From positions 68,820,001-68,884,000 of the forward strand of contig OX597831.1 of the NCBI GenBank assembly GCA_951406725.2: 64,000 nt of DNA. The letters run 5' to 3'. The notes under the pieces are model-generated. The model had not been told where the DNA came from. It searched no databases and saw only the letters and a program-made list of their open reading frames with translations. The translations under genes and the position numbers were made by a program. This document shows, in pieces, positions 27,493 through 41,107 of the stretch (its first letter is position 1; every line of letters begins with the position of its first letter). The stretch is from Octopus vulgaris (taxonomy: Eukaryota).

Positions 27493-29476
27493 CTTGAAAA
27501 ATTTATTAGAACAATAGGCAAAAGCATTGTCGTCATCATCATCATCTACCACCACTGCCACCACCACCACCACTGATTTTTCCAGACTCCCATGGGTTGG
27601 ACAAGTTGTTACAACCCTAAGTTCTTATTCAAAGTTACTGCCCTCCAAAATGGGTTAGGGAACCATTGGTTTGGTTTTCTATGACTGAACATGGGGATTT
27701 AATTATCTATGAAAAGAATATTGCATCTCCCTCTGTCTGCCCCTCTCTCTTATCACACATGTGGTATTTGTTCTGGCCCATTACATTTTGAGTTTGCCAG
27801 TGATGAGACTAGTGCCAAGCTGTATTGGTCCATACCATTCTTTTGGACAATACCAGCAGGGTAGAAAAAGGTGACTTGCTGCATAAACAACTGCTGGTCT
27901 TCTTTAAAATGACCTTACATGGGCCTTTACCCTGGCAAGGAAGATTTTAGAGATTGATACATGGTCAACTCTGATGGAAGAGACTCATAGTTGGTTTCCT
28001 CATAAGAACCAAGCTGGTATGGCTCATAGTATAAGTCTAGAAAGCCTCAACAACAGTAACACTTAAAAGTTGATATATGTAAATGTTTCAGAAACCCCAG
28101 AAATGTTTTAGAAGCTAATGTTTACCTCTATTTTGATTGTATTAAATATTAGCCAACCCTCTTGTTCAGGATGCCAGGCTTGTATAGGTATCATTCTGAA
28201 ATGATCTTGTATCTATTTCTGACAGCTAGTTAATCAGACATGATATATAGAATACAGCTCTTTGTCTAGAAACACCCCAAAATACAATGAGCAATATTAG
28301 TTTATGATCTTCAAACAGGTTATCCAAATATTATCCACTTGGGCATTTTACTGCACCATTTTACAGAGCTGTAGTATATAACCTGGTGGATAAAGTTAAT
28401 GGAATGATGAATGAATTCAATTGCTGTAAGGGATTGAAATTCTAACCTTATAGGTTCTTAAGTTTTACCAGAATAGAAGACAGTTTGTTGCTTGGCCAAA
28501 GTTACCTGAAGTAGACAGCAATGAATTCCTTTTCTATTTCTTGTCATTATTTTTGACCCTCATCCGTTCCCTCAGATTCCGTATGCTATGATAGATGAAT
28601 GGTTGGTTCAGGATAAACTCATTTGTGAAAGCACTCTATTTATATTTCAACACTGAAATAAGAAAATATTTAAAAAAAACAGAACGATGCAAGCCATAAC
28701 AAATTCCATTACCATTTTGATGGTATTACTACTAACACTTGTTTTTATTCAAGGAAGTCATTGAACAGTGAATAATAAAGAGCAACATAAAAATTTTATC
28801 AGTAACATAAAAATTTTATAAGTTTTTTTATTCAAAGAGTTGATTGTGAAAATTGTTCAATTTTCCGCCACATATAAGAATCAGAATGATCAGTTCAACC
28901 ACATGATTTAAGTCTACAGGCTGAGATGGCCACTGAAAAAACACTTATTAAGATGTATGATCTAAGCAATTATGACAAATATATATGTCTGTTTTGTGTC
29001 AAATGTATATGTCGGTGTAACATTAACTATTGGAAACACAAAAGAATGACATCTACAGTTGAACTGTGGGAATGACACATTATCTTCCAAGACAGCAGTT
29101 GTGTGTAGGATTAGCAAATCAACACATAAAAAAAAAACTAGAAAAGAAACATACCCAGTTATTTTGAGCAGAGGCTGATGATATTTTCATATCACAACAG
29201 AAGAACAGAGATGACTTTTGGCATCAAGAAACATCATAAAATTAGACAAGAACTCTGAAGGCAAAATTGAAAGATGGGAAGAAAGAATTTTATGAGGTAG
29301 AAGGGCTTAGAAGACCCAGGGAGCAGGAGGGCAAAGAATAAATCTTGACAAGACATAATCAACCCAATACCATAGCTAAGGTGAGATCGATTCCAGTACC
29401 CAGGTGGTTCATAATGATTAATGGATTCTTCTCTGAGTCTGAGTATTGTCTTCAAACACCCTCAGGGAAGTATTAA

Positions 29477-29696
29477 CCCTTTCATTTCCAGCCCGGCTGA
29501 AACCGGCTCTGGATCTGAGTACAAATGTCTTGTTTTCTTAAGTTTTAAATTAAAATCTTCCACCAAACCTTAGTTACAATTTATGTTCCTAATACTAGCT
29601 TAATGATAACTAAGTTATTTTGATAAATTCTTTTTTATATCTAAAATAATTGAAAGAAACACAGAGCATCTCAAAATAAATACAGTAACGAAAGGG
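29477..29696. mobile_element. piggyBac-type MITE (family 1)
   Basis: TTAA-CCCTTTC...GAAAGGG-TTAA; second copy at 43446-43665. Confidence 0.85.
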
Positions 29697-29989
29697 TTAA
29701 ACTCTATGCTGAATGATAAGCTATGTTTTAAATTCATAATGCAGATGCTCTAACAATTTCAAGATATTCATACTTTGTTGAATGAAATATATTGGTCACT
29801 TTGAGAGTTATGTCTGTGGACCCAAGACACAATACACCTGGGTATTATTATGTATATACTACTGTTAGCCATTGTCCTTATGACAATGCAATAATGTTTA
29901 GGGTATGAGCAGTGAGGAAGGATTAATTTATAGATGCATAATAGTAAAGAGAAAGTTCAGCTTCTTTACTATGTGTGCTCATGAAGAGA

Positions 29990-30190
29990 TTAGTGAGAGC
30001 ATCTCTTAAGTGGAAACCAGAGGGCACTGGATGCAAAGCAGACCTGTCAAGACCTAGCTGAGGACAGTGGAGGAGGACCTAGCAGATATGGGTCTGAGCC
30101 AGTAGTAGGCTCGTAACATGGCTTGTAGCCTGTTGGTTGGAGGAGTCTTGTAGCCCAATGCATTATGGGAAGTGAGAGGAACCAAGATCA
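29990..30190 (+). mobile_element. RTE-like LINE 3' fragment
   Basis: LKWKPEG..RPVKT.LRTVEED-like translation. Confidence 0.5.
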
Positions 30191-30693
30191 CCTTCAATGA
30201 ATATAAAGCTTGCTTCCTGACACTTCAGCTAAAATTCCTTTGCAGCTTCTGTATATGTTTGTTCAAATTTTTATTTTGATTAGAGAATTACTTTCTTTGC
30301 TCTTCAATGTAACGTCTTCTAGAGTGGGTGGGTCAGGCAGACATTTATAATAATACAAGTAAACAGAAATGAAACTATGAATGCAAAACATCAGTAAAAC
30401 GATCTGTTAATAGAAAAAAAAAAAAAAGAAAACGGATAAATGCCTCGAGCTGTAAAACAACTAATTCTATTAAAACAAAATCTATGGAAGTATTTCAAAG
30501 GAATCAAAAGAGGCTTTTACAAAATATTCAACAGGTTTTAATTAGATTATTTTTCAGATCAGTATTCCAAGAATCTTCTAATTGTATTTTAAGGTGTGCA
30601 CCATCTGTCTACTACCGCTGTTATAAATAAGTTTTTACTATTTCCATCACTGTTTGTTTTGGCTTACATATCAGTATAGGTGATTTCAATATA

Positions 30694-30794
30694 CTGTTGT
30701 GTCTGGGGAGAGTCATTCTCTTTTAGTGCCTTATTATTTAACACAGTTAAATAATAAGACACTAAAAGAAAATGACTCTCCTCAGACACAACAG
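30694..30794. repeat. 101-bp palindrome (49-bp arms, 3-nt loop) containing a possible hammerhead 5' half
   Basis: Arms differ at three positions; the minus strand of the right arm reads GTGT-CTGAGGA-GAGTC. Confidence 0.85.
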
Positions 30795-31177
30795 AATATG
30801 CTTCAACACACGAACTCATATAAAGAATCTTGCAAACCAAATCCAAAAACGAAATATGATTTCAACATACTTTTGAATCAATTTGGCAGAAGTTATGAAA
30901 CAAACCAAAATTTGGCAATCTTGTTCGATTTGGAAAGAGAATTAAGAGTTCTTATATTGTATCATGGAGTAAACAACAATGTGGAATAAATATTTTTCAG
31001 TGCCTAACTTGAAGTTCATAAATAGGTAATGCAACCAGTATAAATATGAAGAGTTATATGTTAAATAAGTCTCAGCAATAGGTGTCATTCATAGTGTTGT
31101 ACATTAAAAACAGTCTTCCACAACAACAACTATCACTATATGTTATGTAGTAAAGGAAGCTTGCTCAGTGATAGATA

Positions 31178-31410
31178 ACTTTCTTTACTACCCACAAGGG
31201 GCTAAACACAGAGAGGACAAACAAGGACAGACAAACGGATTAAGTTGATTATATCGACCCCAGTGTATAACTGGTACTTATTTAATCGACCCCGAAAGGA
31301 TGAAAAGCAAAGTTGACCTCGGCGGAATTTGAACTCAGAACGTAGCAGCAGACAAAATACTGCTAAGAATTTCGGCCAGCATGCTAACATTTCTGCCAGC
31401 TCGCCGCCTA
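31178..31410 (-). mobile_element. SINE family C
   Basis: Matches 6775-7007. Confidence 0.88.
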
Positions 31411-31981
31411 GTAAGTGAGGAAGTAAGTCAAAAAAATTTTAAACTTGCACCTTCAGTGTTGAGAGAAAGAAATTATCTGAAAGAGTAATTGCAGTCAAGA
31501 AAGGCAGAGAAGACAATCTCAAACTTTAAATAAGTTAAAACTAATTAATTTAATGTATTTTAATTAATTTGAATGTTTGGAGTATCTCTGTTGCTTCTCT
31601 TGACCAAAATTAATTATTATTTAGATAATTACTTAGAATGCTGCAGTTAATCGACCACATCTTTCGAAGTATGTTAAACATCAGGGCATATTTTAGTCTT
31701 ATTAGCTCTCATCAATAAAGCATAAATTAACTGTACTGAAAGACTGCATTACACTCCTTTTTCTTCTTTGCTGGTTTCTGTGATTGGACAGCAGTGATAT
31801 TAGTGTACGATCTTCAACAGTCTTAGTTAATTTGATTACCTCCATTACTTTGTTCAGTATTCTATCAACCTATATGCTAACCTAAGAACTCATATCTTTG
31901 TTTTAACACAACAGTTTATCAGTAATATAATGATCAACACACACAAACACATACTCATTATATATATATATATATATGTAT

Positions 31982-32386
31982 ACTCTTTTACTTGTTTCAG
32001 TCATTTGACTGTGGCCATGCTGGAGCACCGCCTTTTAGTCGAGCAAATCGACCCCGGGACTTATTCTTTGTAAGCCCAGTACTTATTCTATCGGTCTCTT
32101 TTGCCAAACCGCTAAGTGACAGGGACATAAACACACCAGCATCGGTTGTCAAGCAATGCTAGGGGGACAAACACAGACACACAAACATACACACACACAT
32201 ATATATATATATATACATATATATGACAGGCTTCTTTCAGTTTCCGTCTACCAAATCCACTCACAGGGCTTTGGTCAGCTCGAGGCTATAGTAGAAGACA
32301 CTTGCCCAAGGTGTCCTGCAGTGGGACTGAACCCGGAACCGTGTGGTTGGTAAGCAAGCTACTTAACACACAGTCACTCCTGCGCC
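31982..32386 (-). mobile_element. SINE family A, full length
   Basis: Family A head and tail. Confidence 0.9.
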
Positions 32387-32422
<36 letters not shown>

Positions 32423-33569
32423 CATCAACAATCATCATCACCATGCTGGCATGGGTTGGATGGTTTGATAGGAGAATCTAAAGAGATGGAAAACTTGAGC
32501 TCTAATCTCTGTTTTGGTATGGTTTCTATAGCTGGATGCCCTTTCTAACAACAGTCACTTTACAGTTTGGGTTGTGTGGTTTTTTTTCATGGTACCAGCA
32601 CTAGTGAAATTGCATGTGGCTTAGAAAATAAAAATCCCCTTCAAGCGACTAGGATTACAGCAGAATGAGAAGCAGCTTTAAGCATGAATAATTAATGCTC
32701 GGGAAAAGGTGCCTGAATAGAACAGATTCCTTCTTGTAGTAGAGCTAGATGGCTACTTACATTATAGAAGAAATAATGGGTGTGGCTGGGATAGAGCTGA
32801 AAAGATATGAAAATAGTGGTGATGGGGTATCAGAATGATGTCTCAAGATATGAGGTGAGTAAGTAGAGGTTGCAAGAGTGCATGGAAGAGTGAGGGATGA
32901 TCAGAAATGGTAAATGGGTGAGTTGGAAAGGGATAGAAAAATTGATAATGACTGTAGACATCAGTTAGGGTTGAGTAATGGATATAGTGATTGGTGAATA
33001 AGGGATAAGGGTGATCTATGGCACATACACATTATACATATAGATATATGTATACTCTTTTACTCTTTTACTTGTTTCAGTCAGTTGACTGCGGCCATGC
33101 TGGAGCACCGCCTTTTAGTTGAGCAACTCGACCCTGGGACTTATTCTTTGTAAGCCCAGTACTTAAGGGAGGAGAGAGAAGATAACTGACAGTGCAGTAG
33201 GGTTGAAGAGCAAGAGAATGGTAATAATGATACAATAGATAGGGAAAGGTTGGATAGGTTACAAGAGAGGATGAGTGGAAGGCAAATACAGTCAGTCAGA
33301 AAAGTGGGAGAGAAAGAGAGAGAGAGAGTGATGTATGGTGGTGGAGATGGAGAAATGATATGGTGGCTCAGCAGGGTAATCAAAGTAAAATGTGGATCGA
33401 GAGAACAATATCAAGTGAAATGATTCCGGCTAATGAAAAAGATAAGAGGCATCAAGGAACAGCTGGTGAAGTATACCTTTAATTCCAGCTCCAGAATACT
33501 GCAGTTACAAAGATTATGATGGTGGTGATATCTTGAGGAGAGAACTGGGTCCAATTGTGGGGATATAAT

Positions 33570-33615
<46 letters not shown>

Positions 33616-33619
33616 CAAC

Positions 33620-33837
33620 ATTTGAGTGTGGTCGTTGCCAGAACCACCTGACTGTCCCTCATGCCAGTGGCATGTAAAAGCACCCACTACACTCTCGGAG
33701 TGGTTGGCATTAGGAAGGGCATCCAGCTGTAGAAACTTTGCCAGATCAGATTAAGCGTGGTGTAGCCTTCTGATTCACCAGTCCTCAGTCAAACCGTCAA
33801 ACCCATGTCTGCATGGAAAGCGAACATTAAATGACGA

Positions 33838-33842
<5 letters not shown>
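33620..33842 (+). mobile_element. SINE family B 3' part
   Basis: GGAAGGGCATCCAGCTGTAGAAAC motif. Confidence 0.8.
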
Positions 33843-33881
<39 letters not shown>

Positions 33882-33901
33882 ATGTAAATATATATATATA
33901 T

Positions 33902-34050
33902 ACAATTGCAGCATGGAAGGCATTTATAAGCCATTTAAAAAACACACAAAAAACCGTTCGATTCACTTCAGCATTTAAATTTAATTTACGTCAATATATT
34001 TTCATTGCTTTGAAACTGTGACCTGTTCACTTACAAAATTTCATGCTGCA
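33902..34050 (-). mobile_element. Short inverted-end element with decayed G3-C8 hammerhead-like motif (copy 1)
   Basis: TGCAGCATG...CATGCTGCA ends; homologous to 47861-48026; minus strand GTGAACA-G-GTCAC..GCAAT-GAAA-ATAT. Confidence 0.6.
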
Positions 34051-34077
34051 TCTCTCTCTCTCTATATCTATCTCTTT

Positions 34078-34678
34078 ACTGCTGCCTACTGTGGTCTCCC
34101 CATACAAGACAAAACAGCTCAAGGATTGAATCACCCCAGAAGGCGCTTACTAAACGAATTGAAGGCATGACTGCTCTCGATTATTGAGACCACCTTAAAG
34201 ACTTGAAACTCTACTCTCTCCAGCACTGCCGTGAGTGGTGCATCATTTGTACGATGTGGAGAATATACTGCCAACTTTGCCCAAACGATCTAAACATTAG
34301 TTTCAAGGTTCATCCAAGGCTGGGACCATGGGCCATACGTCCCCTGCCCAATTCAGGATCACAGCATATAGGTACACTGCAACATAATTTGTTTTCCTCA
34401 ACAGGCCCTGCCCTGTTTAACATTGTGCTGAAAGCAATCAAAGAGGAAAAGGATCCCATCAACTTTAAACGGAGTCTGGATAGATTTCTTCAAAGAATAA
34501 TGGATAAGCCACTCATGCCTGGATACAACTCACTCAGCAAAAGCTCACTACTTCAATGGGCCATAAACAAAATTTGACTTAAACTGGATTTAGATAATCC
34601 TATCAGGTGGTGCTATTAAGTTAGACATGGCCTGGACCAATCTTTGGTCGAAACATATCTAAGTTTATCTAAGTTTAT
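34078..34678 (+). mobile_element. CR1/L2-like LINE 3' end
   Basis: YCCLLWSP..IE..Q...TKRIEGM...Y...LK.LKLYSLQ motif; tail repeat TCTAAGTTTA twice. Confidence 0.75.
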
Positions 34679-35104
34679 ATATATATATATATATTGGGAG
34701 CACAACACACACATGTGCTTCCAAAGGCTCAGTTTCACTAAGATGGGCAGATATTCTCAAGAACCATATATTGTCAGTGGTCCTAGTCTTTTGTCATCTA
34801 CTCCATGAGTTAAAAGGTCTTGAGATCAACCTTCACTGCTAAGCCATGGTGGATAACACTTATTCAAAGTGAGATATAGTAAGATCAAACCTGATCACAA
34901 AGTCAAGTTAATAATTATTCAGCTAAGCTTGCAACCATACCTCGATGCTGTGTGGGCCCAGATCCCCATTGACAGCTTGTTGATATTAAATAAAGTACAC
35001 TAACACTATGCAAATTAATAGTTCTACTTCTCTGGAACTACTGGATTTGTTATACAATTATACAGATTGGCTATTTATTCTCTGAGATTGGTTAAGTGAT
35101 ATAG

Positions 35105-35150
35105 ACACCTCTGATGAAAATCCAGTAAGGTTTGAAAATCGATTAAATTT
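35105..35150 (+). ncRNA. Decayed hammerhead-like motif
   Basis: CTGATGA-AAATCC AGTAA GGTTT-GAAA-ATCGAT-TA; stem I not paired. Confidence 0.45.
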
Positions 35151-35990
35151 GTTCATCACTAGTTAAATTTGCCATGCTTGTTTGCCTACTACGTAGGGTT
35201 ACATACATTAGTTACACATTTATATGCATGAGTATTGTTTTCTGTTTAATTGCATACCAGATAATTGCATAATTTAGCTAACTTTATATCCAAATAAAGT
35301 AAATTCCAGTTTGTTACACAATATTTTTAGAATGATTTTTGTGTAAAACATTTGCAAATACAGTAAAATAAATATTTAATTCTATGCCAGATTCTTGCCA
35401 ATTCTTTTACTCAGAATTCTTGATTGAACATTATTTTATAGTAATTTTGGAAGCTTCTGTTTTCATGATGAGTTAAAACGACAGTAACCTAACCAGTACT
35501 TCATGTTTACAAAAAGCCAATATCTAAATAATCAAATGGATTCAAGTTGTTTTACCATTTACATTGAATTAAAAACTGTATTTTTGATCTGTGTTTTTAA
35601 TCTTTTTTTAAATTATGTAATGAAATTTTAAAATTCTTCAATAAATAAATTTTCATTGTAGATAACATTTGTAAAAATATAATTTTGAATTAAGTATTGA
35701 GTGAAATAAATGTTGTTGCTTTTGTTATCAACTTCATTAACCTGTAACTGAAGCAACTACATACTTTTTTAACCTTCACAACGCCAGATGTTATCACTGC
35801 ATAATTCATTGCTAAAATGTCTGAATCTGTTTAAGCTCAAGTATTTGAAGAAAATATAAGGAAATTAAAAAATATCAAAAGGGATCAATCAAATTATTGT
35901 CCTGCTGAAACCTATAAATAATAAAAAAATATCTTCGATTGAGTGGAGCAAGGTAAATTATGTGTGTGTAGGTAGTTGTCTTACCACATA

Positions 35991-37720
35991 ATAGCAATAA
36001 TACCCGTTGTTGATCGGTTAATTATTTTTACTCTTTCTTGGGAGCCACATTCAAATTATCATTATACATATAATTTTCTCCTCCTGTATGTGTGTATTTT
36101 ATAAGAGAAAAACATGTAATAATTGAAGTAGAAAAAAGATCAATTTCATACACGAACTTCTGTTTGTTTATTATAAGTGAGTTGTATGTGTTATTTTATT
36201 TATCAATACATTAATGGCAATTACATAATACACTTCATTGAAATAGGTATTTTACTCATTCTTGAATGTAATGATAGTAGTGGAAAATTAAGTTATTGAA
36301 GTATTCATGTTGCACTGAGGGGGAATATTTCTTTATAAATAATGTTTTTATTTTATTTCAGGATGCATAAGCAAAAAGATTTGCTTTTGCTCCTACACAT
36401 GATGCCCCATGTGAAAAGCATGGTTCTTCAAGTTGCAATCCAGCAACTTTTAGTGTTTGGCCCTGACTTTTATTGATGTTCATGGCAAAATACAGTGGGA
36501 TAGGAAACTGTAACAGCCTAAACTGGAACTGGACATTAGATGGTATAACTGGTATGTGAGGAATGAAGACGGTCTTATCGTTACCACAACCAGTGAGAAT
36601 ATTTGCTGAGAATATTTGCAGTTCATCATAAGTTTGTGCACAATTAGTCTTGTACCATTTTATAATTTTGGTTGAAACAAATTATGCAATAGCATAATAG
36701 GAGTCCTTTCTTCAGCTGAAGACAATAGGAGCTTACCTGATGGTTCTAGTGAGTTCAAATATTCAATGGGATAGTTAACACTATCCTGATCATCAACAAC
36801 ACTGTTGACAGAAGTTTATTCAATAGCATATTATTAATGCTATTTACAGTAATATTTTTTGGAGCCAGGATAGCTTGCTCACAGATCCAGTCTGTATTAT
36901 AATTATGAAGAAGATTTGAAAAGATTTCAGCTACCAAATCCTTGAAGGAATCAGTTGAATTACATATTGGATTGAGTGTAAGAAACTGTTCTTCATCACT
37001 TGCAACTCTCCCTTTACTGAGTTTCAAAAGCTGCTCAGTAAATAGTTCAGCTGATTGATCTCTCAAAAGCCTTGATCTCATTTTTGTCAAAAGTTCAAGT
37101 GTTTTCACATGGTGCCATAATACAGAAGACTTTATTGAAGCATTGAGCTCATCCACTTTTGTTCCTCTTGGAACAACTGGTAGTGTTTGTCAGAAGTCTC
37201 CTGACAATAATAATGTGATATTTGCCATCATGGAATTACAATTTCTAGTGTCTTGTAATGTTCTAACCACAGCTTTAAAAGCTTTTCTGTGGATCATGGT
37301 ACATTCGTCCCAGATAATTAAGTGACATCCTTGTATTAGTTCACCCATTCCAGAATTTTTAGATATATTACAAACTGAATCTTCTTTGTTAGGTATAAGT
37401 TATGAGTACTTCTCCTGGATGTTTATTCAATGGCATATTATTAATGTTATCTACAGCAACATTTTTTTGGAGCCAGAATAGCTTGCTCACAGATCCAATT
37501 TGTATTGTTGTAATTATGAGGAAGATTCAGAAAGATTTCAGCCACCAAATCATCGATGGAACCAGTTGAATTACATATTGTATTGAGTGTAAGAAACTGT
37601 TCTTCATCACTTGCAACTCTTCCTTCACCAAGTTTCAAAAGATGCTCTGCAAATAGTTCTGCCGATTCATCTCTTGAAAGCCTCGATCTCTTATTTGTTG
37701 AAAGTTGAAGTGTTTTCACA
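35991..37720 (-). mobile_element. Decayed Helitron (PIF1-like helicase) with internal duplication
   Basis: ORFs 36755-37156 and 37447-37755 (WICEQAILAPKN), downstream QFP..FAMNINKSQGQTLKVAG..CFSHG; Helitron-like 3' end near 35991; 36814-37109 duplicated at 37421-37720. Confidence 0.88.
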
Positions 37721-38082
37721 ACATTGATCAGGTAGAAGCTCAAGAAGGTTATCATTTATGTACATGGTCAGTTCCTCCATATCATGGGAAATTTCTCTCA
37801 TTATTTCAGTGGACAGACTATTAAGATCCCTTTTATTAGTTGGTGCTTGAAATCTTCAGCAAGATCATTTCTGAACATATTCCAAAGTTCAACAGAATTA
37901 CTTACTTCACAATTTTGGGGAATAATAGCTAAAAAAAAACTCTTAAACTCCTTGGTATTTTTGATATTGAATCTTCTTTCAGTGCTGCTTCCCCTGAACT
38001 AGGGTGAGACTACTCCTTTGCTACATTATTTACATTATTTACATTTGACAAATATTTGTCCTCAACTTGTTTGTTATCAACA

Positions 38083-38424
38083 CGTGGCATCTTGGGCAAG
38101 TGTCTTCTGCTATAGCCCCGGACCAACCAATGCCTTGTGAGTGGATTTGGTAGACAGAAACTGAAAGAAGCCTGCTGTATATATGTATATATATATATAT
38201 GTATGTGTGTGTTTGTGTGTCTGTGTTTGTCCCCCTAGCATTGCTTGACAACCGATGCTGGTGTGTTTATGTCCCCGTCACTTAGCGGTTCGGCAAACAG
38301 AGACGGATAGAATAAGTACTAGGCTTACAAAGAATAAGTCCTGGGGTCGATTTGCTCGACTAAAAGGCAGTGCTCCAGCATGGCCGCAGTCAAATGACTG
38401 AAAGAAGTAAAAGAGTAAAAGAGT
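38083..38424 (+). mobile_element. SINE family A (5' truncated)
   Basis: Family A body and tail. Confidence 0.88.
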
Positions 38425-39019
38425 ATACCAATAGGAGCAAGATTGTCAAATAAAACAGATATGAGAGAAACATAAATAAATTTTGTACTCATAGTTCATG
38501 TTTTATGGAGTAATGAATTTGATTTTAGAGCTTGGAGTAAATTCATGTATTACTTGACAAGTAAATTAATGATTCTTTTAGGGTGCAAACAGCAATGTTA
38601 AAATCATATTCATGTATGAATGACCTTGAGAAGAAAGAATAGCAGCTACATGAAAAAAGAAGTCCTGTCAATGACTGCTCTGTATGAAACACTTAATTTA
38701 TTAAACAGAAATATTGAAGAACTGGGAAGTTACCAATCCTAATATTAATTCATAGCTGCTTCAAATAAAGAAGTAATTTTAACATCCTATTAATCTAAAG
38801 CCAATCTACAGAAGAATGGGTAAAGATCCAGAAAAGAAACTGCTATAGCAGAAGCATTATCTAAATGGTTCACTACTGAGCTAAATCAGGACACATTCTT
38901 TCATCTGGGCTAAACCACACTCAAGGAATTATTAGAACTTATAAATAGAGAAAAGCTCAATGTTACAAGTGGTTGGCTGTCCCATTGGAAAATGAGACAT
39001 AACAGCATATTCCAGAAGC

Positions 39020-39428
39020 TTTATACCTTTTACTTTTTTTACCTTTCAGTCATTTGACTGCGGCCATGCTGGAGCACCGCCTTTAGTCGAGCAAATCGAC
39101 CCCAGGACTTATTCTTTGTAAGCCCAGTACTTATTCTATCGGTCTCTTTTGCCAAACCGCTAAGTTATGGAGGACATAAACACACCAGCATCGGTTGTCA
39201 AGCAATGCTAGGGGGACAAACACAGACACACACACATACACATATATATATATACATATATACGATAGGCATCTTTCAGTTTCCATCTACCAAATCCACT
39301 CACAAGGCATTGGTCGGCCCGGGGCTATAGCAGAAGACACTTGCCCAAGATGCCACGCAGTGGGACTGAACCCGGAACCATGTGGTTGGTTAGCAAGCTA
39401 CTTACCACACAGCCACTCCTACGCCTAT
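39020..39428 (-). mobile_element. SINE family A, full length
   Basis: Family A head and tail. Confidence 0.9.
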
Positions 39429-39967
39429 AGTACAAAGAAAATTACAAAAGTAAAAGCAACTGATAACTCAATTTATACAATAACTGTGATTTTGCAGATC
39501 TACAAATCTGATGACATCTTCAATGCATGTGAAATTGGATAGCTGTACAGAGTTCTTTTAGAATATACTCATGGCCTTTAAGAAGGGGGAGATAGTGTAA
39601 AGTAAAAAAATACAAAAATAGCAACAATTATGAGATTTTCTGAATGTTAGCAAGTGACGTGTTGGAACCCTTGAATGAGTGGAATGATATTTACAACACA
39701 GCAGACAGAATATGATAAAGGGAGTTGTTCCAGAAAAAAAAGAAATGTTGTCATATTTCTTCCACAAAATATAGCAATATTTCCAAAGCATCATAAAATC
39801 ACAACATACAGGTGTCTTTGAAATTTCTCAGAAGTTTTCAGACAATAGGTTGATTCTTGTTTCCAGAGATTTCATTTTACAGGTGTAGATGCTTCTCGTT
39901 TTGAAAAATATGGGGGTCACTCCCTGTCAATTTGGCAATGGAACAGTTTTAAGATGACGATTTAGAG

Positions 39968-40168
39968 CAGTGCTTTTCAAACTTTTTGCTGGAGCAGAAC
40001 CCCAAGGAAACATTCCACTGGCTCGAGGAATCCCTGTGCAATAATTTACTAGTCTTTTGCACACATATCTGCACAGGAGAATTAAAAATTACTGCCAATT
40101 TTAGCAGTTTTGTAACTTCTTGCGGAACCCCCGGATTGTACTGGCGGAACCCTGGTTGAAAACCACTG
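39968..40168. mobile_element. hAT (Charlie-like) MITE, copy 1
   Basis: CAGTG..CACTG terminal inverted repeats; 8-bp TSD ATTTAGAG at 39960-39967 and 40169-40176. Confidence 0.9.
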
Positions 40169-40888
40169 ATTTAGAGAACTACAACATATCCCAAACTGAA
40201 GTATGAGTTTGCTAATTCATGGATGATATAGTAAGATATACAGTTAGTAATGAACAATAATGATGATGATGGTAAAAATGTGGTATCATAATGATTTATC
40301 AGTTTCGTCCCTTTAACCTTACTGTAGAGAAACGATGTTAAAGACATTAGAAATAACAAAATCCACCATTTCACTACTTACACATGGGGTCAGTGGTTTT
40401 TTATAATTAAATTATCAATTAATCTCATTATCAGTGCCATTTTGTGCTTTATGGACATTTCTATATGATAAGCTAGTTACTACAATACCAGCAAGAAAGG
40501 GTAAAGGCTATACGCATATTGATGAAGACTTTCTACTTTGTTTGCTCAACCAAAGAACAATGTTACCAGTAATGGGTAAAGCAGATATAACAAAGAACCA
40601 ACCCCTAAATTTTTTCCTAATCATTTCATTCAACTCTAGTATTGTTATTTCTAATATTGAAAACTGGAAATAATCAAACCCATATTTTTATTACTTCAAT
40701 ACATGAATATCATCATGATCATCATTATCTTTATATTTATATTCATTCATCGTCAAATTATTGAATATAGCTATAAAAATATATATTATAGCTACATAAA
40801 TGCACTGTAATTTTTTATAAATAATTATGGAGCTATATAAATACATTGTATTGCTAAATGCATATAGTTATATGTTATTTAGCTAAAC

Positions 40889-41107
40889 CAGTGGTTTTCA
40901 ACCAGGGTTCCGCGGAACCTTAGGGTTCTGCCAGCACAGTCCAGGGGTTCTGCAAGAAGTTACAAAACTGCTAAAATCGGCAGTAATTTTTAATTCTCCT
41001 GTGCAGATATGTGTGCATAAGACTATTAAATTATTGCACAGGGGTTCCTCGAGCCAGTGGAGTGTTTCCTTGGGGTTCCGCTCCAGCAAAAAGTTTGAAA
41101 AGCACTG
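40889..41107. mobile_element. hAT MITE, copy 2, opposite orientation
   Basis: Reverse complement of copy 1; 8-bp TSD AGCTAAAC at 40881-40888 and 41108-41115. Confidence 0.9.
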
